Positions 28,939 to 39,632 of a DNA stretch of 64,000 nt are shown piece after piece. The notes below the pieces were generated by a model. That model made no database searches, was not told the DNA's origin, and saw only the letters and a list, made by a program, of their open reading frames with translations. The stretch's first letter is position 1, and every line of letters starts with the position of its first letter. A program made the translations under genes and the position numbers. Source of the stretch: Candidatus Omnitrophota bacterium (GTDB lineage Bacteria > Omnitrophota > Gorgyraeia > Aquiviventales > Aquiviventaceae); assembly GCA_023247255.1 (NCBI GenBank), contig JAHFGV010000006.1, forward strand, positions 14,231 through 78,230, given 5' to 3'.

Positions 28939-29916
28939 ATGTGTAGAAAAATTGGGAATATCTTTGTATTGGGTAGTGGATTTTCTGCCAGTTGCGGACT
29001 GCCGACACAGGCAGGGCTTTTTAAAGCGCTAATAAACCAAGCGGATCCCAAGGATGTTCCACGATTGCGGAACATGCTGAAGCTTTTCTTCCCGCATATC
29101 GATGAAACTGCCGACAGCTATCCCCCGTTTGAACAATTCCTGAGCCTGCTGACGGCATCGCTGGATCTCTCCTCTGATGAAGAGGGGTCCTTGGCTATGT
29201 TCCCACGCGAGCAACAGGAGAAAGTTCGACAATACTGTCTCCGCCAGCTCCGGATGGTACTGGTCGACAGGAGCGAATCATACCGTAAAAACGAATCAGC
29301 GATCCAAAAATTTGTAAGGTGCTTGAAGACAGGAGACACAATCATTACGTTCAATTGGGATGTTCTCATCGAACAAGCACTCCGTCACGCCAAGAAGAAC
29401 TTCGGATTCTTTTCTCATGCAGACATCACGCTACTGAAGCTTCATGGAAGCTTGGGCTGGTATCTCTTAAAGGACATTGACCGTGACAAACTTCTCGAGT
29501 TTGACAAATTTGACGAAACTTTGGGTGCCTTAAAGCCTGAACACCTCAACTCTCTTCTCGACGTGCCGTCATTGCCCTATATTGTCACTCCGGAACACCA
29601 AAAAAGACCATCAGAGAGACGGGCGATGAGGCCTATCTGGGAGCAGGCATATGATAGGCTGGGGCGAGCAGCGAGAGAGGAAGGTAGTAAGGTTGTGGTT
29701 GTTGGTTATTCCCTTCCTCCGGAAGATTTCGATGCAAGGTTGCTCATGCGAATGGGCATTGGCGCTTGCGGGGACGACAAGAAGATGCTCCACATCATTG
29801 ATCCGGACACTGAGGTTAAAGCTCGCTACTCCTCTTGTATTACTTCTAACATCAAGTTTTACCAGGGGCGCTTCACTGGAGATGAGCTGCCGAAGATATT
29901 AGCTGAAGACTCATAG
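28939..29916 (+). CDS. SIR2-like domain protein
   Basis: LGSGFS..GLP, ITFNWDVLIE, LKLHGS, VVGYSLPPED motifs. Confidence 0.85.
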   Translation: MCRKIGNIFVLGSGFSASCGLPTQAGLFKALINQADPKDVPRLRNMLKLFFPHIDETADSYPPFEQFLSLLTASLDLSSDEEGSLAMFPREQQEKVRQYCLRQLRMVLVDRSESYRKNESAIQKFVRCLKTGDTIITFNWDVLIEQALRHAKKNFGFFSHADITLLKLHGSLGWYLLKDIDRDKLLEFDKFDETLGALKPEHLNSLLDVPSLPYIVTPEHQKRPSERRAMRPIWEQAYDRLGRAAREEGSKVVVVGYSLPPEDFDARLLMRMGIGACGDDKKMLHIIDPDTEVKARYSSCITSNIKFYQGRFTGDELPKILAEDS

Positions 29917-30122
29917 TGATCAAATCAACCGTTGGTCATAGATTGGGAAGAAATTCCGGTGACACAGACAGAAAAACTGAGGCGTTTCTGCGGAGGATGT
30001 ACCGGGGTTTTCAATTTGCTGCGCCTCGCTGCTGGAAAATCAGGGACGGGTCTATTTTCTGGGCGGGACTGGGGAGGACGTGACATGAGTCAGGATCATC
30101 GCAAGCGCTTCGGAGTCGATTC

Positions 30123-31010
30123 ATGAAGGTCGTGATTCTCTGTGGAGGATTGGGCACGCGCCTGCGGGAAGAAACCGAGTATCGACCCAAACCCATGGTG
30201 CCAATCGGGGGACGGCCGATCCTGTGGCACATCATGAACCGGTATGCGGCTTACGGGTTTCATGAGTTTGTCTTGTGCCTGGGATACAAGGCGCACATGA
30301 TCAAAGATTATTTTTTGCACTTCCGGACAGAAACGAGCGATTTCACGCTGCGTTTGGGCCAGGGCCACCAGGCGATTGAATACCACAGTCCCCAGCATGA
30401 ACGCGACTGGGTAATTACGTTTGCCGATACCGGAGAGCAGACGATGACCGGAGGCCGTGTCAAACGTATCGAGCAATATGTCGATGGGGATACGTTCATG
30501 CTGACCTACGGGGATGGGTTGGCGGATATCGATATAGCCGAGGGGATCCGTTTTCATAGGCAACACGGCCGGATGGGGACGGTGACCAGCGTGCATCCGG
30601 GAACCGGGCGATTTGGTGAGCTCGTCTTGGCTGGCTCCGAGGTCAGGGATTTTATCGAGAAGCCGGATCAGCACGAAGGATACGTCAGTGGAGGTTTTTT
30701 TATCTTCGAACGGGCGTTCTTCCGATACCTGCAGGAGGACGATCTGTGCGTCCTGGAGCGCGAACCACTCCAGCGTCTTGCGCGGGACGGTCAATTGATG
30801 GCTTATCGTCATCACGGCTACTGGCAGTGCATGGACACCTACCGTGACTATCAACAGCTCAATGAGATTTGGCATCAGGGACAAGCGCCTTGGGGTATAA
30901 TCAAACATGCTTCTGAGGCACCTGCAGGGACCAAGCGCAGTCACCGATCGGGCTCCCCAAACGTTGCACAACCCTTGCGGACATCCCCGGCTCGATCTGA
31001 ATCTCAATGA
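30123..31010 (+). CDS. rfbF: Glucose-1-phosphate cytidylyltransferase
   Basis: ILCGGLGTRLREET, PKPMVPIG, TMTGGR, LTYGDG, WQCMDT. Confidence 0.94.
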   Translation: MKVVILCGGLGTRLREETEYRPKPMVPIGGRPILWHIMNRYAAYGFHEFVLCLGYKAHMIKDYFLHFRTETSDFTLRLGQGHQAIEYHSPQHERDWVITFADTGEQTMTGGRVKRIEQYVDGDTFMLTYGDGLADIDIAEGIRFHRQHGRMGTVTSVHPGTGRFGELVLAGSEVRDFIEKPDQHEGYVSGGFFIFERAFFRYLQEDDLCVLEREPLQRLARDGQLMAYRHHGYWQCMDTYRDYQQLNEIWHQGQAPWGIIKHASEAPAGTKRSHRSGSPNVAQPLRTSPARSESQ

Positions 31011-32350
31011 GCACGATAGACGCTGAGTCCATCAAACAAGAGATCCTGGCGAAAGTCCGCGACTATTTCAAGCAGGCGCATGAGCGCAAGGTTTTTGTGC
31101 CCTTTCAGACAAAGATTCCTTATGCCGGACGTGTCTTCGATGCTGAAGAGATCGTGAACCTGGCTGATGCCGCATTAGAGTTCTGGTTGACCTTGGGACG
31201 ATTCGGACAGGAGCTCGAGCGAAAACTCAAGACATTCTTTGACGCCCGGGATGCCCTTTTGGTTAATTCAGGCTCTTCTGCGAACCTTTTGGCTCTAGGA
31301 ACCTTGTGCTCCCCCCACTTGGATCGTCACCTGAAGCCAGGCGATGAAGTCATCACACCCGCCGTGACGTTTCCAACGACGCTGGCTCCCATTGTTCAAC
31401 ACCAGCTTATCCCTGTTTTTGTGGATTCTGAGACAGGTACTTACAACGTCGATCCTCAACAGGTCGCTGATGCGATCTCCCCGTCAACGCGAGCGATTGT
31501 GGTGCCTCATACCCTCGGCAATCCCTGTGACTTGGACGCGTTGATAGCGCTTGCCAAACGTCACGAGCTGTGGCTGGTGGAAGATTGCTGCGACGCTTTG
31601 GGTTCCACTTTTGATGGACGGCACGTGGGCAGTTTCGGGGATCTGGCGACGTTGAGTTGTTATCCCGCTCATCAGATGACGATGGGGGAAGGGGGAGCCG
31701 TGATCGTCAACCGGCAGCGTTTTATCCGTCTTGCGCGATCCATCCGGGATTGGGGGCGGGACTGCTGGTGTGCGCCGGGAGTCAGCGACACCTGTGGCAA
31801 GCGCTTCGGCTGGCAACTGGGTGAGTTGCCTTTGGGCTATGATCACAAATATATCTACTCGCATCTGGGATACAACCTCCGGCCAACCGATCTGCAGGCA
31901 GCCGTAGGATGCGCCCAGTTTGAAAAGCTGGATCGCTTCATCGAACAGCGGCGTCGCAACTTCAGACGATTGCGCGAAGGTCTAGCTATTCTGGAAGAAT
32001 TCCTCATCTTTCCCAGCGTGCATCCCAAGGCTGATCCTGCCTGGTTTGGATTTCCGATCACCTTGCGCAACGGCACCCAGCGCTCGGCGCTTGTGCAGTG
32101 GCTTGAGGCTGCGAAGATCGAGACGCGGATGATCTTTGCGGGCAATATCCTGCGGCAGCCTGCGATGGCCGGTGTTCGTCATCGGGTGCACGGGCAACTG
32201 CGCGTGACGGATAAGGTCATGACCGATGGTTTGTTTCTGGGGGTGTATCCTGGCCTGAGCGATGCGATGATTGATTTCGTGGTCGAACGGGTTACGGGTT
32301 TTTTTCAGGCTTCACGCGTCGGTCGTTCAGCGATTGTATCTGCCACCTAA
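31007..32350 (+). CDS. rfbH: CDP-4-keto-6-deoxyglucose 3-dehydrase (DdhC/RfbH)
   Basis: [30 protein letters not shown] (His in place of Lys), [14 protein letters not shown]. Confidence 0.93.
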   Translation: MSTIDAESIKQEILAKVRDYFKQAHERKVFVPFQTKIPYAGRVFDAEEIVNLADAALEFWLTLGRFGQELERKLKTFFDARDALLVNSGSSANLLALGTLCSPHLDRHLKPGDEVITPAVTFPTTLAPIVQHQLIPVFVDSETGTYNVDPQQVADAISPSTRAIVVPHTLGNPCDLDALIALAKRHELWLVEDCCDALGSTFDGRHVGSFGDLATLSCYPAHQMTMGEGGAVIVNRQRFIRLARSIRDWGRDCWCAPGVSDTCGKRFGWQLGELPLGYDHKYIYSHLGYNLRPTDLQAAVGCAQFEKLDRFIEQRRRNFRRLREGLAILEEFLIFPSVHPKADPAWFGFPITLRNGTQRSALVQWLEAAKIETRMIFAGNILRQPAMAGVRHRVHGQLRVTDKVMTDGLFLGVYPGLSDAMIDFVVERVTGFFQASRVGRSAIVSAT

Positions 32351-32369
32351 AAACGTGTGGACACAACCG

Positions 32370-33452
32370 ATGGCACAAACGTCACCAGCGAACGTTTCCT
32401 CACAACAGACGTTTTGGCAGGACCGAACGGTTTTCGTCACCGGAGCCTCCGGCCTGGTAGGTTCTTGGGTGTTGAAACGTCTCTTAGCGCTGGGCGCCGA
32501 TGTCGTCTGTCTCTTGCGCGATTGGGTGCCGCAGTCGGAGCTGGTGAGGGAGAAGTTGCTGGAACGAGTCAAGATCGTCCGCGGGGATGTTTGCGATCAA
32601 CAGATCCTGGAGCGGGTGCTGGGAGAGTATGAAGTGGAATCCGTCATTCACCTGGCTGCGCAGACGATTGTGGGAGTGGCCAACCGAAATCCGGCTGGGA
32701 CATTTGAAACCAACATCCGCGGCACATGGACGTTGCTGGAGGCTGCTCGAGTGAGTCCCACGGTGAAGCAGATCGTCATCGCCTCATCCGATAAAGCCTA
32801 TGGCGATCAGCCCAATCTGCCCTATAATGAACAAAGCCCACTGCAAGGAAGGCATCCCTACGACGTCAGTAAGTCCTGTGCGGATCTATTGGCCCACGCC
32901 TATGCGACGACGTATCAGTTGCCACTTTGCATCACCCGCTGCGGCAACTTCTATGGTGGGGGCGACTTGAACTGGAACCGTATCGTCCCTGGAACGATCC
33001 GATCCGTGCTGCGCGGCAAGCGTCCGGTCATCCGTTCGGATGGGCGGTATCTTCGCGACTACTTATATGTCGAGGATGCTGCAGATGCTTACACGTTGCT
33101 CGTTGAACGTCTGGCGCAATGCCCTGAGCTTCGTGGAGAGGCGTTTAACTTCTCGAACGAGCAGCCGATGACGGTTATCGAGTTGGTAGAAAAAATTTTG
33201 ACCTTGATGGGTTCCTCCCTTGAACCAGAGATTCGCAACGAAGCGACGCATGAGATTCGGGATCAATACCTCAGCGCCCGCAAGGCCCGTGAGGTGTTAG
33301 GCTGGCAGCCGCTGTACGGTTTTGAGGAAGGGCTCAAGAGAACCGTTCAATGGTATGAGGCGTTCTTCGAAATTCCTGAAATTCAAAGGCAACGTTCGGA
33401 AGGATTGGATCCTTGTGAAATGCCAATTCCTGGGCCAGGAGATTCGATATGA
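32370..33452 (+). CDS. CDP-glucose 4,6-dehydratase-like SDR (RfbG/DdhB role inferred)
   Basis: [32 protein letters not shown]; follows rfbF-rfbH. Confidence 0.82.
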   Translation: MAQTSPANVSSQQTFWQDRTVFVTGASGLVGSWVLKRLLALGADVVCLLRDWVPQSELVREKLLERVKIVRGDVCDQQILERVLGEYEVESVIHLAAQTIVGVANRNPAGTFETNIRGTWTLLEAARVSPTVKQIVIASSDKAYGDQPNLPYNEQSPLQGRHPYDVSKSCADLLAHAYATTYQLPLCITRCGNFYGGGDLNWNRIVPGTIRSVLRGKRPVIRSDGRYLRDYLYVEDAADAYTLLVERLAQCPELRGEAFNFSNEQPMTVIELVEKILTLMGSSLEPEIRNEATHEIRDQYLSARKAREVLGWQPLYGFEEGLKRTVQWYEAFFEIPEIQRQRSEGLDPCEMPIPGPGDSI

Positions 33453-35242
33453 AACTGTCCGATTACGTCGTCGATTACCTTGTGGGTTTGGGCACGCGTG
33501 ATGTGTTTATGGTGATCGGCGGAGCCTGCGCGCATCTGGCACACTCCCTCCACGATCGTCAGGATATCCGCTACGTCTGTGTACAGCATGAACAAGCAGG
33601 GGCGATGGCTGTTGAGGCTTACTCTCGGCTGACCGGACGCTTGGGAGCGATGCTTGTGACAAGCGGGCCCGGGGCGACGAATCTAATCACGGGAATCTGT
33701 GGGGCCTGGTTTGACTCCATCGCCTGTTTATTTCTCACAGGACAGGTCAACACCCACGAGCAGCGAGGACCACGGCCAGTCAGACAGGTGGGATTTCAGG
33801 AGACGGATATTGTCAGCATCGTGAAGCCCATTACGAAATATGCCACGATGATCGATCATCCGGAACGCATCCGCTATGAACTCCAGAAGGCGACTTATAT
33901 AGCCCGCTGCGGACGTCCCGGGCCTGTTTTGCTCGATATTCCGCTTGATATCCAGCGAGCGGACATTGATCCCAATCGCCTGGAGGGTTTTGATGCTCCG
34001 GACTCAGAAGATGCCCTATCGATTCAAGAACTACAGGCAAACGTAACGCAATGCGTGGAATCACTTGAGTCCGCCCAGCGGCCCGTGCTTTTGGTCGGAG
34101 GAGGAATTCGTCTGGCAAATGCCCAGCAAGAGATTCGTCAGGTTGCCGACCGTCTGGGGATTCCAATCGTCGTCTCCTGGAGTGGGTTTGACCTCATTGC
34201 ATTCAACCATCCGCTCTCTATCGGACACTTGGGAGTCTACGGCTCACGCGCCGCAAATTTCACCGTTCAAAACAGCGATCTTTTACTGAGCGTTGGCTCA
34301 CGGTTGGATACGCGCCAGACTGGCGGTAAACCGAGCACCTTTGCCCGGCAGGCCAAAAAGATCATGGTCGATATCGATCCGGGCGAGCTTCACAAACGAC
34401 GCGGGCTGGATGCAGATCTGGCCATTGCCGTGGATGCGAAGCGCTTTCTGCAAGTGCTTCTGGAAAGCCTTCCCAAGAAACACCAGCGAGCCATCACCTC
34501 TTGGGTACAGCGCACCCAACAGTGGAAGCGCCAGTATCCCACGGTGCTGCCAGAGTATTTCCGTCAGGAGCGCAACGTCAATCCTTATGTCTTCATTAAA
34601 ACCTTGTCTGCGGTGCTAGACGCCGAGGCCGTGGTCATTACCGACTGCGGCGCTAACCTTACTTGGACGATCCAGGCCTTTGAAGTGAAAGAAAATCAGC
34701 GGGTGTTATCCACTTTCGGAAATTCTCCGATGGGCTATTCCTTCGCCGCTGCGATCGGTGCGGCCATCGGGCTGAATCGTACGATCATTTGTATCATCGG
34801 AGACGGCGGTTTTCAGATGAACATCCAAGAGCTCCAAACCGTTTTCCACTACAAGCTTCCGATCAAAACATTCATTCTCAACAACCATTCCTACGGTATC
34901 ATCAAGCAGTTCCAGGATATGTATTTCAACTCCGTGTATGTCGGCTCAGGCGAAGGCTATAGCTGTCCGGATTTCGTGAAGGTCGTCGAGGCGTATGGGA
35001 TTGCGACGGCGCGGATCTCAAGCCACAGCTCTCTCACCGAGCAGATTCACCAAGTCCTGCGCCAGCCGGGTCCTGTTGTGTGCGACGTGGTTTTGAATGA
35101 CGATGCCAAGCTGACTCCACGCCTGGAATTTGGCAAGTCGATTGAGGATCAGACCCCGTATCTTTCTCGCGAGGAATTTATGTCAAACATGATCGTTGCG
35201 CCAGTGCCGGAGTCAATCGAACAGGAGGTGAAACATGTCTGA
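33449..35242 (+). CDS. Thiamine-diphosphate enzyme, acetolactate-synthase-like (YerE-like by context)
   Basis: [28 protein letters not shown]. Confidence 0.9.
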   Translation: MKLSDYVVDYLVGLGTRDVFMVIGGACAHLAHSLHDRQDIRYVCVQHEQAGAMAVEAYSRLTGRLGAMLVTSGPGATNLITGICGAWFDSIACLFLTGQVNTHEQRGPRPVRQVGFQETDIVSIVKPITKYATMIDHPERIRYELQKATYIARCGRPGPVLLDIPLDIQRADIDPNRLEGFDAPDSEDALSIQELQANVTQCVESLESAQRPVLLVGGGIRLANAQQEIRQVADRLGIPIVVSWSGFDLIAFNHPLSIGHLGVYGSRAANFTVQNSDLLLSVGSRLDTRQTGGKPSTFARQAKKIMVDIDPGELHKRRGLDADLAIAVDAKRFLQVLLESLPKKHQRAITSWVQRTQQWKRQYPTVLPEYFRQERNVNPYVFIKTLSAVLDAEAVVITDCGANLTWTIQAFEVKENQRVLSTFGNSPMGYSFAAAIGAAIGLNRTIICIIGDGGFQMNIQELQTVFHYKLPIKTFILNNHSYGIIKQFQDMYFNSVYVGSGEGYSCPDFVKVVEAYGIATARISSHSSLTEQIHQVLRQPGPVVCDVVLNDDAKLTPRLEFGKSIEDQTPYLSREEFMSNMIVAPVPESIEQEVKHV

Positions 35243-36104
35243 GGAACGCAAGAAAGTAACCCTGCACACCCTCTATCGCCTCAAAGCTGAAGACAAACGA
35301 GCGGTCTACATCACGGCTTATGACTATCCCTTCGCCCTTCTTGCGGATCGTGCCGGCGTGGATATGATTCTAGTCGGGGATTCCCTGGCCATGACCGTTC
35401 ATGGGTATTCGACGACGCTGCCGATCACGATGAACGAAATGATCAGCCACGCCAAGGCCGTGACCCGAGCCGCCAAATCGGCGTTTGTCTTTGGCGACAT
35501 GCCTTATATGTCGTATCAGCCGTCGGATCGAGACGCGATCATCAACGCGGGGCGGTTTATCCAAGAAGCGGGTTGCGATGGAGTCAAATTGGAAGGTGGC
35601 CGTCGCGTGCTCAGTCGAGTCAAAGCCATTGTCGAGGCCGGGATCGTTGTCCAGGGGCATCTGGGATTGACGCCGCAAAATCTTGGGCAATTGGGAGGCT
35701 ATCGGGTCCAGGGTAAAACGAAGGAATCTTATCAGGCACTCCTCGATGATGCCAAGTCCTTGGAAGCTGCCGGTGCTTCGTCTTTGCTTTTAGAGGCGAT
35801 GCCGGCCGTAACGGCTGCAAAAATCAGGGAGCAGCTTTCTATCCCTGTATATGGCATCGGTGCCGGCGATCAGGTGGATGGCCAACTGGTCATCATCCAT
35901 GACATCCTCGGACTGTTCGAGCAGTTCACGCCCAAGTTCGTTAAGCGCTACTGCGAGGCTGGAATCCTCATCAAAGCGGCCCTAGAGCAATACGCCGCTG
36001 AGGTTCGAGGGGGTACTTTTCCTGGCCCCCAGCAGTGCTATGAGATTGCTCCAGAGGAGCGACAGCGCATCCTTGGGGTTGGGACAACCGCAGTGCCATC
36101 TTGA
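35235..36104 (+). CDS. panB: Ketopantoate hydroxymethyltransferase homologue
   Basis: TAYDY, LVGDS, DMPYMSY, VKLEGG, HLGLTPQ, GIGAG, PKFVKRY. Confidence 0.93.
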   Translation: MSEERKKVTLHTLYRLKAEDKRAVYITAYDYPFALLADRAGVDMILVGDSLAMTVHGYSTTLPITMNEMISHAKAVTRAAKSAFVFGDMPYMSYQPSDRDAIINAGRFIQEAGCDGVKLEGGRRVLSRVKAIVEAGIVVQGHLGLTPQNLGQLGGYRVQGKTKESYQALLDDAKSLEAAGASSLLLEAMPAVTAAKIREQLSIPVYGIGAGDQVDGQLVIIHDILGLFEQFTPKFVKRYCEAGILIKAALEQYAAEVRGGTFPGPQQCYEIAPEERQRILGVGTTAVPS

Positions 36105-36149
36105 AAACGCCAAGAAGGTCGTAAGCCAAGGTCATAAAAAATCAGAAGA

Positions 36150-37241
36150 ATGCCCACAGCAGCATCGCAGGTAACTGCTATTTCCTTAATCGAGCAGGAT
36201 AGCGAACGCGTAGTTTCTGAGGTTGGAGACTCCATCCACCGACTCTGCGGAAAAACGCTTCTCTTGACAGGGGCGAATGGATTTTTGGCAAGTTATTTGG
36301 TAGATACCGTTGCATGGATGAACCAGCATGTGTTCTCATCCCCCTGCCGGTTGATTGCTATGGTGCGTTCGCCTATCACGCCATCGGAACGTCTAGGTCA
36401 CTTGCTGGGTCGTGGCGATGTGCAATTCATCCAGCAGGATGTCTGCGCTCCTGTTCACCTGGATGGTCCTATTAACTTTGTTGTCCACGCGGCCTCCAAG
36501 GCTTCTCCAAAAGACTACCTCGCCCACCCTCTGGAGACGATGGATGCTAATGTCATTGGGACCCGGCTTTTGCTTGATCTTGTCAAGGCGCAACGGACTG
36601 GGCGTGTGCTCTTTTTGAGTAGCGGTGAAATCTATGGCAATGTTTCTGCTCAGTTCATTCCGATTCAGGAAGACTGTCCTTGGAGTATGCCTCCTACTGA
36701 CCCCCGAGCCTGTTATGCCGAGTCAAAACGATATGGGGAGGCTTTGTGTCTTGCCTATTGGCGGGAGTATCAAGTCCCAGTTAATATTGCACGAACATTT
36801 CATGTGTATGGGCCTGGGCTTCGCTTGGATGATGGAAGGGTGATGGCGGATTTCTTTAGGCACCGTCTCGAGAATACCCCCTTGCGTGTCTTAAGCGATG
36901 GCAGTGGGGTTCGAGCTTTTTGCTATGTGTCTGACGCTGTGACGGGGTTCTTGAAACTACTGCTCTCCGACTGCCATGGGGAAGTCGTAAATATCGGGAA
37001 TGATCAGGAACCCCTCTCGGTTCGTGAACTGGCCCTGTTGATCGCAACACTTGAAGATCCTCAGTTGCCTGTCAAGTTCCAGTCTGTTGCATTGCCCGAG
37101 CATTTGCGCGGAAGCCCTTCACAAGTCTGTCCGGACATCAGCAAAGCTCGACGCTTGCTGCACTTTGAACCGCGCGTCGGGCTACGGGAAGGGTTGTGCA
37201 AAACGCTTCAATGGCATCGGGCATGCCTGGGCAGACGATGA
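36150..37241 (+). CDS. NAD-dependent nucleotide-sugar epimerase/dehydratase
   Basis: TGANGFL, HAASKASP, SSGEIYG, YAESKR, DDGRV. Confidence 0.88.
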   Translation: MPTAASQVTAISLIEQDSERVVSEVGDSIHRLCGKTLLLTGANGFLASYLVDTVAWMNQHVFSSPCRLIAMVRSPITPSERLGHLLGRGDVQFIQQDVCAPVHLDGPINFVVHAASKASPKDYLAHPLETMDANVIGTRLLLDLVKAQRTGRVLFLSSGEIYGNVSAQFIPIQEDCPWSMPPTDPRACYAESKRYGEALCLAYWREYQVPVNIARTFHVYGPGLRLDDGRVMADFFRHRLENTPLRVLSDGSGVRAFCYVSDAVTGFLKLLLSDCHGEVVNIGNDQEPLSVRELALLIATLEDPQLPVKFQSVALPEHLRGSPSQVCPDISKARRLLHFEPRVGLREGLCKTLQWHRACLGRR

Positions 37242-38293
37242 TCGAGGAAGACAACGCAATGCTATCCGAACGCACGAGTCGCCAGGCAATCACTTCTGTC
37301 AGTGCAAAAGCACCACCGCTTGTGTCGATCATCATTCCTGCGCGAAATGAAGCGGAGAATATCCCGCGGCTTGAAGCGGAATTATTAGCAACGGTCGATT
37401 CACTGCCCTACGCGTTTGAATTCCTCGTGATCGATAATGCCAGTGAAGATGGCACCGGAGCATTGCTCAAAGCCATCTGCGCTCGTGATCCTCGGTGGAA
37501 ATACATACGATTCAGCCGAGACTTCACGGTGGAAATGTCGCTGACGGCCGGATACCATCTCTGCTCTGGAGAAGCCATCATCGTCCTCCATTCCGACCTT
37601 CAGGATCCTCCAGAGACCATTCCGCGGTTTCTTGAGAAATGGCACGAGGGCTACGATGTCGTCTATGGGGTGCGAACCGTTAGACCTGGGGAGCCAACGT
37701 GGCGCAATGTGGCGGTTCATTGGGCTTACCGCTGCATTGCCTGGGCCTCAGACGTCCCAATTCCACTAGATGCTGGGGATTTTCGTCTCATCTCGAAACG
37801 AGTCAGGGATGCCCTGGAGCAGTGCGGGGAATACAACCGCTATATGCGGGGCTTGGTCGCTTGGCTCGGATTTCGGCAGGTGGGCATTCCCTATGAACGG
37901 AGGCCGAGGAAAGCGGGTAGGAGCAATGCCCCCTTCTGGCATTTGGTGTCGTTCACCTTCAATGCAATCACGAGTTTCTCTCTAAAACCGCTTCGGATGT
38001 TTACTTTTATGGGTCTGTTGCTACTACTGCTGTCGGTGGGTGCGCTTCCTATCTATGTCGTTCTCTACCTCATCGGCTCCCCGCCGCCGGGCATTACGAC
38101 CATTATCGTTTTATTATTTATCGGCATCGGCTTAAACAGCTTAGGCATTGGCATCTTGGGCGAGTATCTGGGCCGAACCTATGCCGAGGTGAAAAGAAGA
38201 CCCCTGTACCTCATTCAAGAAACGGTTAATGTGGATGCCCCTGCGATGTCACAGGAACTGGCTCTTTCAGGAAAGAGAGAGGATCTTAAATGA
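37238..38293 (+). CDS. GT2 polyprenyl-phosphate glycosyltransferase (GtrB/ArnC-like)
   Basis: IPARNE, DNASEDGT, SDLQDPP, GDFRL, two C-terminal TM helices, GEYLGR..RPLY. Confidence 0.9.
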   Translation: MIEEDNAMLSERTSRQAITSVSAKAPPLVSIIIPARNEAENIPRLEAELLATVDSLPYAFEFLVIDNASEDGTGALLKAICARDPRWKYIRFSRDFTVEMSLTAGYHLCSGEAIIVLHSDLQDPPETIPRFLEKWHEGYDVVYGVRTVRPGEPTWRNVAVHWAYRCIAWASDVPIPLDAGDFRLISKRVRDALEQCGEYNRYMRGLVAWLGFRQVGIPYERRPRKAGRSNAPFWHLVSFTFNAITSFSLKPLRMFTFMGLLLLLLSVGALPIYVVLYLIGSPPPGITTIIVLLFIGIGLNSLGIGILGEYLGRTYAEVKRRPLYLIQETVNVDAPAMSQELALSGKREDLK

Positions 38294-38553
38294 TAACGGC
38301 TAAGCAACAGCAAGTCTTGGGATACATCACGCATTACGTCATGGAGCATCAGCGTGCGCCGCTGATCCGTGAGATTCAAGAAGGGTGTCAGATCAGGTCC
38401 TATAAATCCGCGATTGACCGTTTAAGCGCCCTGGAACGCAAGGGGATCATCAAGCGTCTTTCCAACAAGCATCGCGGCATCCGCTTGCTTCAACAACCCA
38501 CCGCAGGCTCCCCAGCCGTGGAAGCAGTCCCAGCCCTTCAGGAGGTTCGCTAA
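38290..38553 (+). CDS. Stand-alone LexA-type DNA-binding domain
   Basis: TAKQQQVL..PLIREI..LSALERKGIIKR..RGIRL winged-HTH; no peptidase domain; overlaps both neighbours. Confidence 0.78.
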   Translation: MITAKQQQVLGYITHYVMEHQRAPLIREIQEGCQIRSYKSAIDRLSALERKGIIKRLSNKHRGIRLLQQPTAGSPAVEAVPALQEVR

Positions 38554-39632
38554 TGTTCAAAGATGGAGAGATCAGGGAGCCGAATAACTTAAGCTTTTTG
38601 AATGGGAAGACCCTTTTGGTTACCGGAGCAACCGGCTCATTTGGTCAACAGTTTACAGAGGCGGTGTTACGCGATAGCCATGTGAAGGCTCTGCGGATTT
38701 ACTCACGCGATGAGCTGAAACAGCACCATATGAGCCAGCTGTTTTCGGATGAGCGGTTGCGATTTTTTATTGGGGACGTGCGCGATAAGGAACGTTTGCG
38801 ACGAGCCATGCACGGTGTGGATATGGTCGTCCATGCCGCAGCGCTTAAGCAGGTTCCTGCCTGTGAATACAATCCTTTCGAGGCCGTGAAGACTAATATC
38901 CTCGGGGCAGTTAACATCATTGATACGGCCATTGACTGTAACGTGCAGCGAGTGATTGCCCTAAGTAGCGATAAGGCTGTGAATCCGATCAACCTCTATG
39001 GAGCGACTAAATTATGCGCGGAGAAGCTGTTTGTACAAAGCAACGCCTATTCTGGGCTGGATGGGACCCGTTTCAGTTCGGTTCGGTATGGCAACGTCGT
39101 GGGCAGCCGGGGCAGTGTTATCCCCTTGTTCCTTCAACAACGCACCCAGAGACTGGTTACCGTAACCGATAGGCGGATGACGCGTTTTTGGATCACCTTG
39201 GAACAGGGGGTGAACTTTGTCTTGCGGACCCTGGAGTTGATGCACGGCGGGGAAATCTTCGTGCCGAAGATTCCGAGCATGAACATCATGGACCTAGTCG
39301 ATGCGATTGCGCCCGATTGCGAGGTTCAATTTACCCAGATTCGTCCTGGTGAAAAACTCCATGAAATACTCATCTCCTCGGATGAGGCGCGACACACCCT
39401 GGAATTCCCAGACATGTTTGTCATTCAGCCCATGCATCCTTGGTGGAAATGTGATAACTGGAAAGAGGGCAAAGCCCTTCCGGACGGATTCGTTTACAGC
39501 AGCAACGCCAATCCACAGCAACTCAGTGTGGAGATTCTTCGGAACATGGTCGCTAGTCTCGGTGAGATGGAAGAATTCGCATCAACCGCAACGGGAGGCG
39601 CACCTGTCATGAAAGACACCAATGGCGACTGA
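38553..39632 (+). CDS. pseB: UDP-GlcNAc 4,6-dehydratase (inverting)
   Basis: YSRDELKQ, HAAALKQVP, NLYGATK, RYGNVVGSRGSV, IRPGEKLHE. Confidence 0.93.
   Translation: MFKDGEIREPNNLSFLNGKTLLVTGATGSFGQQFTEAVLRDSHVKALRIYSRDELKQHHMSQLFSDERLRFFIGDVRDKERLRRAMHGVDMVVHAAALKQVPACEYNPFEAVKTNILGAVNIIDTAIDCNVQRVIALSSDKAVNPINLYGATKLCAEKLFVQSNAYSGLDGTRFSSVRYGNVVGSRGSVIPLFLQQRTQRLVTVTDRRMTRFWITLEQGVNFVLRTLELMHGGEIFVPKIPSMNIMDLVDAIAPDCEVQFTQIRPGEKLHEILISSDEARHTLEFPDMFVIQPMHPWWKCDNWKEGKALPDGFVYSSNANPQQLSVEILRNMVASLGEMEEFASTATGGAPVMKDTNGD

Noticed and set aside
19120-31007. Long antisense ORFs (for example 19120-19995 and 30096-31007)
   Set aside because: They are shadows of well-supported plus-strand genes.
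33449-35242. Branched-chain amino acid ilvB
   Set aside because: No ilvN/ilvC/ilvD nearby; it is coupled to CDP-sugar genes.
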